From Phycisphaerae bacterium (GTDB lineage Bacteria > Planctomycetota > Phycisphaerae > UBA1845), in assembly GCA_963666835.2 (NCBI GenBank), contig CAXXGO010000001.1, forward strand, positions 128,001 through 192,000: a stretch of 64,000 nucleotides of DNA, given 5' to 3'. How positions within the stretch are numbered: the first letter of the stretch is position 1; each line of letters begins with the position of its first letter. Below, one piece after another: positions 58,177 through 64,000 of this stretch. Position numbers and translations under genes: made by a program. The notes under the pieces are model-generated. The model was not told the DNA's origin and did not search any database. It saw only the letters and a list, made by a program, of their open reading frames with translations.

Positions 58177-61068
58177 ATGGGAAGCCTACGTAAACCCAGT
58201 CACAGCCGACAGATAAGCGGGCTGCTACTGGTGATGTTCCTGGCAGAAGGAGCCTCGATCCTAGGGGACGAGCCGGGCCAACTGCCGGATCAGCAGGTGC
58301 CGAACCTTGCAGTTGCGCAAGACGCCCTGATGGGTGGTGAATACGAGCGGGCGATCGAAGTCTACAGCAAACTGATGGACGACCCGGAAACCGCGCCGGC
58401 CGCCGCTATCGGTGTGGCCCGCTGCCGGATGCGTATCGGCGATTACGAAGAGGGTATCGCCGGGCTGGAAGCGGAACCCGCCCCGGATTCCGCCGAATGG
58501 CACTTGGTGCTGGCCAAGCTGCTCCGGCTGGTGGGGCGTTACGACGAAGGTTTGGAACACGTCCGCGCGGCCGTTCGACTCGACCCAGGACATCCCGGTT
58601 CGCGCTTGCTGGTCGGGAGCATGTTGGAAGCGCTGGGGCGGCGCGACGACGCCATCGAATCCTACCGGTGGTTCGACCAACAACTGCGGAAGCGGTCCGG
58701 GCTGCCCCGCGATGCGGAGTGGGTGACCGACACCGCCGTCGGCTTCTTGCGCTACACGGTGCTTACGGAATCAGATCAGTTGGTGCCGCGCACCAGGCAC
58801 GTCCTGCACGAGATGTTGCAGATGGTCTATGAACGGGTGGACCGCACGTGGTGGCCCGCCCGAATCGCCGCCGCCGATCTGCTCCGCGAACGATTTAATA
58901 ACGATCCGCTGGACGGCAGCGTAGCGGACTACGAAGCGGCTTTGCTGGTCAGCAGCAACTTGCCCGAAGCCCACGTCGGACTCGGAGAGGTCGCCTTACA
59001 CCGATGGGATTTCGACGAGGCCGAGCGTCGTGCGGAACTTGCCCTCGAGGTCAACCCCCACTACCCGCCGGCCATTCACCTGCTGGCGAAAGAGCGGCTG
59101 CTCGAGCGACGCTATGCCGAAGCCGCGCAGGTTTGTGACCGAGCCCTGTCATTTAATACGCGAGATGTCGTTGCGCTGTCACTGTCCGCAGCGGCCGCCG
59201 CTTGTCGGTATGATGACGCCGAAGTCGCCCGCGCCCGCGCTCGGGTAGCAAAGATCAACCCGCGGTCTGCCGTATACCACCGCATTCTCGGCGATGCCCT
59301 GGCGGGGATCCGGCAGTACGCCGCCGCGGAAGCGGAGTACCAAAAGGCAATTGAATACGAACCCACCGATGCCAACGCCCACACCGAGCTCGGGTTAACG
59401 TACATGCAATGGGGCCTCGAAGACAAGGCCCATAAAGTGCTGGACCGAGCTTGGGAGCTCGACCCGTTCAACGATCGCACGCTCAATACGGTCAAGCTGC
59501 TGGAGTCTCTCGAGAGCTTCGCCCGCCTGGAGACGCCCCACTTCACGATCCGGTCCGATCCGCAGCGCGACCCGGGCTTAGCCGAGTACATGGCCGAGTA
59601 TCTCGAGAGCATCTACGCAACCATCACCGGCGATTACGAAACGACTCTGTCGGACAAGACCATTATCGAAGTATTCCCGACCCAGTCGGATTTCGGAGTA
59701 CGCATCACCGGCAAGCCGTGGATCCACACCGTGGGTGCCTGCACGGGCCGGGTGATCGCCATGTCCTCTCCGCGAGGGTCGACGCAGCTTTTCGGCCCCT
59801 ACGATTATGCTCGCGTCCTCCGCCACGAATTCACCCACACCGTCACGCTGGCGGCGACGCAGAACCGGATTCCCCACTGGTTTACCGAAGCACTGGCCGT
59901 ATCGCAGGAAGAGAGCCCCCGAAGCTATGAATGGTGTGCTCTGCTGGCCCGGGCGATTCGCCGGAACGAGCTGTTCACCTTGGAGTCGATTGACTGGGGC
60001 TTCATCAGGCCCAGACGTCCCCACGACCGAACGGTAGCCTATGCCCAAAGTGAGTGGATGTACGAATACATCGTCGAGCGCTTCGGCTATGACACGATCA
60101 ACGCGATGTTACGCCGCTATCGGCTCGGGCAGACCAGCGAACAGGTCTTCAAAGAGCAGATGGCCGTCACCCCGACCGAGTTCGACCGCGACTTTGCCCA
60201 GTGGGCCAGGCAAAGGGCTACGCCTTGGGGGTTCGATATGGAACCGCCCGAGGATGCGAGCGCCCTGCGAACTCTGGCCGAGAAGGAGCCGGACGATTCA
60301 GTGGTTCAGGGACGCTTAGCGCGGGCGGAGTTGGATGACGGGGATCCCGAGCGAGCGTTGGCGGCGGCGCGCCGCGCGCTGGAACTCAACGAGAATGAAC
60401 GCGCGGGGCTCGAAGTGCTGTTGACCGTGCTGTCCGGCTATTTCCTCGAGAATCTATCGGAACCGGTCCGCCGCGGTTACGAGAAAGAGGCGCGGCTGGC
60501 CGCCACACGGCTTACAGCAGTCGATCCGGACAGTGCGCTGGCTGCGGAGGTTCTCGGTACTTTGGCGTTGAGCAGCCGGGATTGGGAAGAGGCTATTGTC
60601 TCTTTCGAGCGTCTTCAGCGCATTCGCCCGATGAACCCGGCGAGTTGGCAAGGCCTGGCCGGGATATACTTAGAACGTGGAGAGGATGACCTGGCTCTTT
60701 CGCAGTTGCTGGAACTGGTTCGGTTGGGCGAGGCCGATCCTGAAATCCCGGCACACATCGCAGGTATCTACCGGCGGCGGGCTGACCTGCGCGAGTCGCG
60801 ATACTGGTATGTCCGGGCGCTTCGAGTCAATCCGTTCTCGGTGAAGGTCCACGACGGACTCGGCGACACGGAGATGCAGTTGGGTAATACCCAAGCTGCT
60901 CTCCGCGAGTACGTGATGTTGACTCGGATCGAGCCGAAGAAGGCCGGGCACTTCGAGAAAGCCGCTTTCGCGGCGGCCAAGATTGGTGACGAAAGAACGG
61001 CACAGGATCTCGCCCGGCAGGCGGTGGCGCTGGATCCGGACTCTGCGGCTCGGACGCTGGTACCGTAG
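58177..61068 (+). CDS. TPR-repeat protein with central gluzincin (peptidase MA-like) domain
   Basis: Many TPR repeats; VLRHEFTH...PHWFTEALA. Confidence 0.85.
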   Translation: MGSLRKPSHSRQISGLLLVMFLAEGASILGDEPGQLPDQQVPNLAVAQDALMGGEYERAIEVYSKLMDDPETAPAAAIGVARCRMRIGDYEEGIAGLEAEPAPDSAEWHLVLAKLLRLVGRYDEGLEHVRAAVRLDPGHPGSRLLVGSMLEALGRRDDAIESYRWFDQQLRKRSGLPRDAEWVTDTAVGFLRYTVLTESDQLVPRTRHVLHEMLQMVYERVDRTWWPARIAAADLLRERFNNDPLDGSVADYEAALLVSSNLPEAHVGLGEVALHRWDFDEAERRAELALEVNPHYPPAIHLLAKERLLERRYAEAAQVCDRALSFNTRDVVALSLSAAAAACRYDDAEVARARARVAKINPRSAVYHRILGDALAGIRQYAAAEAEYQKAIEYEPTDANAHTELGLTYMQWGLEDKAHKVLDRAWELDPFNDRTLNTVKLLESLESFARLETPHFTIRSDPQRDPGLAEYMAEYLESIYATITGDYETTLSDKTIIEVFPTQSDFGVRITGKPWIHTVGACTGRVIAMSSPRGSTQLFGPYDYARVLRHEFTHTVTLAATQNRIPHWFTEALAVSQEESPRSYEWCALLARAIRRNELFTLESIDWGFIRPRRPHDRTVAYAQSEWMYEYIVERFGYDTINAMLRRYRLGQTSEQVFKEQMAVTPTEFDRDFAQWARQRATPWGFDMEPPEDASALRTLAEKEPDDSVVQGRLARAELDDGDPERALAAARRALELNENERAGLEVLLTVLSGYFLENLSEPVRRGYEKEARLAATRLTAVDPDSALAAEVLGTLALSSRDWEEAIVSFERLQRIRPMNPASWQGLAGIYLERGEDDLALSQLLELVRLGEADPEIPAHIAGIYRRRADLRESRYWYVRALRVNPFSVKVHDGLGDTEMQLGNTQAALREYVMLTRIEPKKAGHFEKAAFAAAKIGDERTAQDLARQAVALDPDSAARTLVP

Positions 61069-61430
61069 CTCGCCGTTCTCTCTTCTCGGTCGCTATCGCC
61101 AAGTCGGTCCCGAGCAGGCATCGAACAGGGCAAGTTCTCGGGCGTTGGCAACTGAGCAAGGATCCCCAGCTCGAGACCCGCAACCCAGGCTCAGGCAAAG
61201 CCGAAGAACAGATACGACCTCGAGGCTCTTGGTCTCGGACCCGACGGATGATAACCTGCTCACTCGAACCGTCGGTGGGCGCGGGTGTCGACTCGCCGAC
61301 CGCTTTGCCTTGGGGCTGCGGGCGGCCTGTGGAAACACCCCGGCCGCCCAGAGGCGGGGACGGGACTAATGCCGGGGTCCGTGACCGCGGCAATGTCCGA
61401 TAATGCGACAGTGGGCATCAGGAAGGGTCT

Positions 61431-62324
61431 GTGGCTACTGAGTTATCCGGTTATCGCATCATTAAGCAGATTGGGGTCGGTGCCAGGTCGAAGATAAGCC
61501 TCGGCACGGAACTCAAGACAGGGCGACAGGTGGCGATCAAACACGTCGTTCGCAATTCGGCGGACGACGACCCCTTCATTGCGCAGGTCGAAACTGAATA
61601 CGAGGTTAGCAGCAACATCAGCCACCCGGCCCTTAGGCACAGCTATTACATCAGTCGCGTCCGTAAGCTCTTGCAGACAAGAGAGATCTGGCTGGTTATG
61701 GAGTACATCGACGGGCTGAACCTCGAGGACGCCCGCCCGAACCGGCTGAACACCTTTCTCAATGTCTTCAGGAAGGTGGCGGCGGGGCTCCAGGCGATGA
61801 ACGATGCCGGCTACGTCCACACCGACATTAAGCCGACGAATATCATGCTGGCGTCCGGGGGGATCGTGAAACTCATCGATTTCGGCCAATCCTGCCCCAT
61901 TCATCACCGGAAAGAGCGTATTCAGGGTACGCCCGACTACATCGCCCCGGAGCAGGTTCGACGCATGCCGCTGGATCAACGCACCGATGTCTTCAACCTC
62001 GGCGCCACCATGTACTGGGTGTTGACGTCGGAAAAATATCCGACGGCCATTCGCGGCACCGATTCTCGCGGCGGGATCAGCCTCGTGACTTCCGATCGAC
62101 CGATTGCCCCGATTGAACTCAACGATAAGATCCCGCTGGGGCTTTCGAAGTTGGTTATGGAGTGCTGCCGCGATAACCCGACGGAGCGGCCGAATGACAT
62201 GAAGCAGGTTGGCGCCCGGTTGGCGGTCGTGCAGAAGTTGTGGCGGAAACACCTGGAAGGACTGCGCGGTGAGCGGGCGGCGGGACCCGAAAGTGAGGGG
62301 GACTTCGCTCCCCAGAGTGAATGA
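61431..62324 (+). CDS. Hanks-type Ser/Thr protein kinase
   Basis: VAIK, VMEY, HTDIKPTN, DFG, GTPDYIAPE, DVFNLG. Confidence 0.92.
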   Translation: MATELSGYRIIKQIGVGARSKISLGTELKTGRQVAIKHVVRNSADDDPFIAQVETEYEVSSNISHPALRHSYYISRVRKLLQTREIWLVMEYIDGLNLEDARPNRLNTFLNVFRKVAAGLQAMNDAGYVHTDIKPTNIMLASGGIVKLIDFGQSCPIHHRKERIQGTPDYIAPEQVRRMPLDQRTDVFNLGATMYWVLTSEKYPTAIRGTDSRGGISLVTSDRPIAPIELNDKIPLGLSKLVMECCRDNPTERPNDMKQVGARLAVVQKLWRKHLEGLRGERAAGPESEGDFAPQSE

Positions 62325-63178
62325 TGAACGACGCCCCTCAGGTCGCTGAGTTGTTCCACGAGGTGGCTCAGCTCAACTACGATGATCCTCTCCGGCAAGG
62401 CTCCTTGCTGGAGTTCCCCAATTACGGCCAGGTCGTGATGACCGGCGACCTCCACGGTAACCGCCGCAATTTCGACAAGCTCCAGAAATACTGTGATCTT
62501 GAGCGCGCCGGTGCCCGTCATGTCATGTTGCACGAGATCATTCATGAGGACGTCACAGCGGCCGCCGCCCACGATATGTCGCATGAGGTGCTCTGCGCCG
62601 CGGCGATGTGGAAACGCGATTACCCGGACCAAGTCCATTTTCTTCAGAGCAACCACGAGCTGGCCCAGCTTGGCCGGCACGAGATCACGAAGAACGGCCG
62701 GATCGTGACGGTCGATTTCGAGGAAGGTATCGCCAAGAGCTACCCCAAGCAGACGGATCTGGTGATCGAAGCAATCGATGCGTTCTTGCGCTCGTATCCT
62801 CTAGCCGGCCGCACGCGGAACCGCGTCTTCCTTTCGCATTCGCTCCCGAGCCCGCGCAACCTGCCCTGCTTCGACGCCCAGGTACTATCGCGAGTTCCCA
62901 CGGACGCCGATCTGGCCGATCGCGGCTCCGGACACATGCTGGTCTGGGGGCGCTACCAGACGGATGCGACTCTGGAAGCTCTGGCCGACCTATTGGACGT
63001 GGATTACTTCATCTGCGGTCATCAGCCCCAGGAGATGGGCTATGACGTCGTCCACGATCGCCTGATTATCCTGGCGAGCGAGCATAACCACGGGGTATTC
63101 CTGCCGGTGGATCTCAACAAACCCACTAATCTCGAGAAGCTGGTCAGCAGTATACGCCGGTTTGTTGCCGTCGCGTGA
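62321..63178 (+). CDS. Calcineurin-like metallophosphoesterase
   Basis: GDLHG, SNHE, SHS, CGHQ; overlaps the kinase stop codon. Confidence 0.85.
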   Translation: MMNDAPQVAELFHEVAQLNYDDPLRQGSLLEFPNYGQVVMTGDLHGNRRNFDKLQKYCDLERAGARHVMLHEIIHEDVTAAAAHDMSHEVLCAAAMWKRDYPDQVHFLQSNHELAQLGRHEITKNGRIVTVDFEEGIAKSYPKQTDLVIEAIDAFLRSYPLAGRTRNRVFLSHSLPSPRNLPCFDAQVLSRVPTDADLADRGSGHMLVWGRYQTDATLEALADLLDVDYFICGHQPQEMGYDVVHDRLIILASEHNHGVFLPVDLNKPTNLEKLVSSIRRFVAVA

Positions 63179-63182
63179 GGGA

Positions 63183-63734
63183 TCAACCGCCGCTCTGACC
63201 GTCGCCGCCGTGCCGCCTTCCGGGTCCGTGCCCGGCGCCACCGCGCCGGCACCCTTCCGAGCCCGACTTGCCCCACCTGCTACAGTCGCGACAGCACTTC
63301 CTGCTGCACTCGCGCACCTTCGCGGCGCACAGGCCGTACAGTTGCTTCTGTTGCTGGGCAGTCAGATGCCCCCGCACGGTTATCAGATACTCGGCCACGC
63401 GCCGTTCGACCCGATTGTGGGCTTCAATAACCGCCTCTACGCGCTGGCGAATCTCGTCGTCGCCGGCATCTTCTTTCTCGAAGGTGGCCGCCAACTGTGA
63501 ACGCGCGTCGTGAAGTTCCCCTTGCAGCAAACCCAACTCTTCCGCAAAAACCGGATCCTGCTCCTTGATCGATTCGGCCTGCTCCGGATTCAAACCCAGA
63601 CGATCGGCAATAGGTGACAGAACTACGTCATTGCCCGCCGGACCTTGCGAGCGCATGGCCACCGTACCCACCAGGCTGCCCCCAAAGCAAAGCGCCGCCA
63701 CCAGGACGATTCCGATTGTGGTCTTCGCAATCAT
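63183..63734 (-). CDS. Periplasmic Spy/CpxP/ZraP-like heavy-metal sensor protein
   Basis: Signal peptide; LGLNPEQ, LTAQQQ motifs; Cys/Gly-rich tail. Confidence 0.7.
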   Translation of the reverse strand: MIAKTTIGIVLVAALCFGGSLVGTVAMRSQGPAGNDVVLSPIADRLGLNPEQAESIKEQDPVFAEELGLLQGELHDARSQLAATFEKEDAGDDEIRQRVEAVIEAHNRVERRVAEYLITVRGHLTAQQQKQLYGLCAAKVRECSRKCCRDCSRWGKSGSEGCRRGGAGHGPGRRHGGDGQSGG

Positions 63735-64000
63735 GACGGCTCGCCTCCCACGACCGACTCCTCAGGCTCCAGTCCGCCGGATAAACCGGTGGCGGATCCG
63801 GCACCGAGCTCGATCCACTCCAATGCTCCGGCCATGCCGTGTAGTGTTGCGGGGCGCCCGCCGTTCGCCGAAGTCCTACCGGCCGGGACGAGATATCCGG
63901 CAACCACCCCCAGTCCGATGGCCAGGGCGATCGATGCGGCCAACCGAACCGGTACCATGCGGAACATCGCCCAGCCCGGCGGTTTCGCCGACGGTTGCCG
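63731..64000 (-). CDS. Probable anti-sigma-like membrane protein (partial)
   Basis: RLAASIALAIGLGVVAG TM helix; ATGA overlap with the Spy-like gene; N-terminus probably outside the window. Confidence 0.45.
   Translation of the reverse strand, partial: RQPSAKPPGWAMFRMVPVRLAASIALAIGLGVVAGYLVPAGRTSANGGRPATLHGMAGALEWIELGAGSATGLSGGLEPEESVVGGEPS

Noticed and set aside
61075..61250. Long imperfect hairpin between the TPR and kinase genes as a 6S-like RNA
   Set aside because: Some pairing is visible (GCCAA/TTGGC, CCCGAG/CTCGGG) but no recognisable family motif; expected at this GC content.

Overview
GC-rich (roughly 60-65%) bacterial chromosome segment, most likely from an anaerobic planctomycete (Phycisphaerae-like), judged from dockerin-like domains, DUF2294, CxxCGY-x-LRGL zinc-finger membrane proteins and REP-like repeats. 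From left to right it holds: a secreted >=8-heme cytochrome missing from the ORF track, with two lipoproteins; an Orange-protein (orp)-type Fe-S/NifX/Mrp cluster with an OrpR-like sigma54 activator between two sigma54 promoters; a DEAD-box helicase; a HesB/radical-SAM/FloA operon; two divergent DUF2294 (MpsC) genes, one behind a riboswitch/attenuator-like leader; an Stn-type (NuoE/NuoF/GltD-FdhA fusion) electron-bifurcating transhydrogenase; a vWA membrane protein; a second sigma54 activator facing a thioredoxin gene; two further octaheme lipoproteins; a beta-helix repeat lipoprotein; photolyase; a mannosylfructose/sucrose-type solute cluster; lpdA; recJ; an ECF/anti-sigma locus; a TPR peptidase; and a kinase/phosphoesterase pair. 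The top candidate for novelty is a 1.9-kb element (27433-29345) encoding only two DUF1670-type paralogs. It has perfect 15-bp sub-terminal inverted repeats set 7 nt and 4 nt from its ends, a duplicated CT core, an insertion site inside a REP hairpin and a structured ~200-nt 3' non-coding region. That is IS1111/IS110-like architecture without a DEDD recombinase, and both proteins carry a tyrosine-recombinase-like H..HS..Y motif. Family assignments come from motif recognition only; no searches were run.
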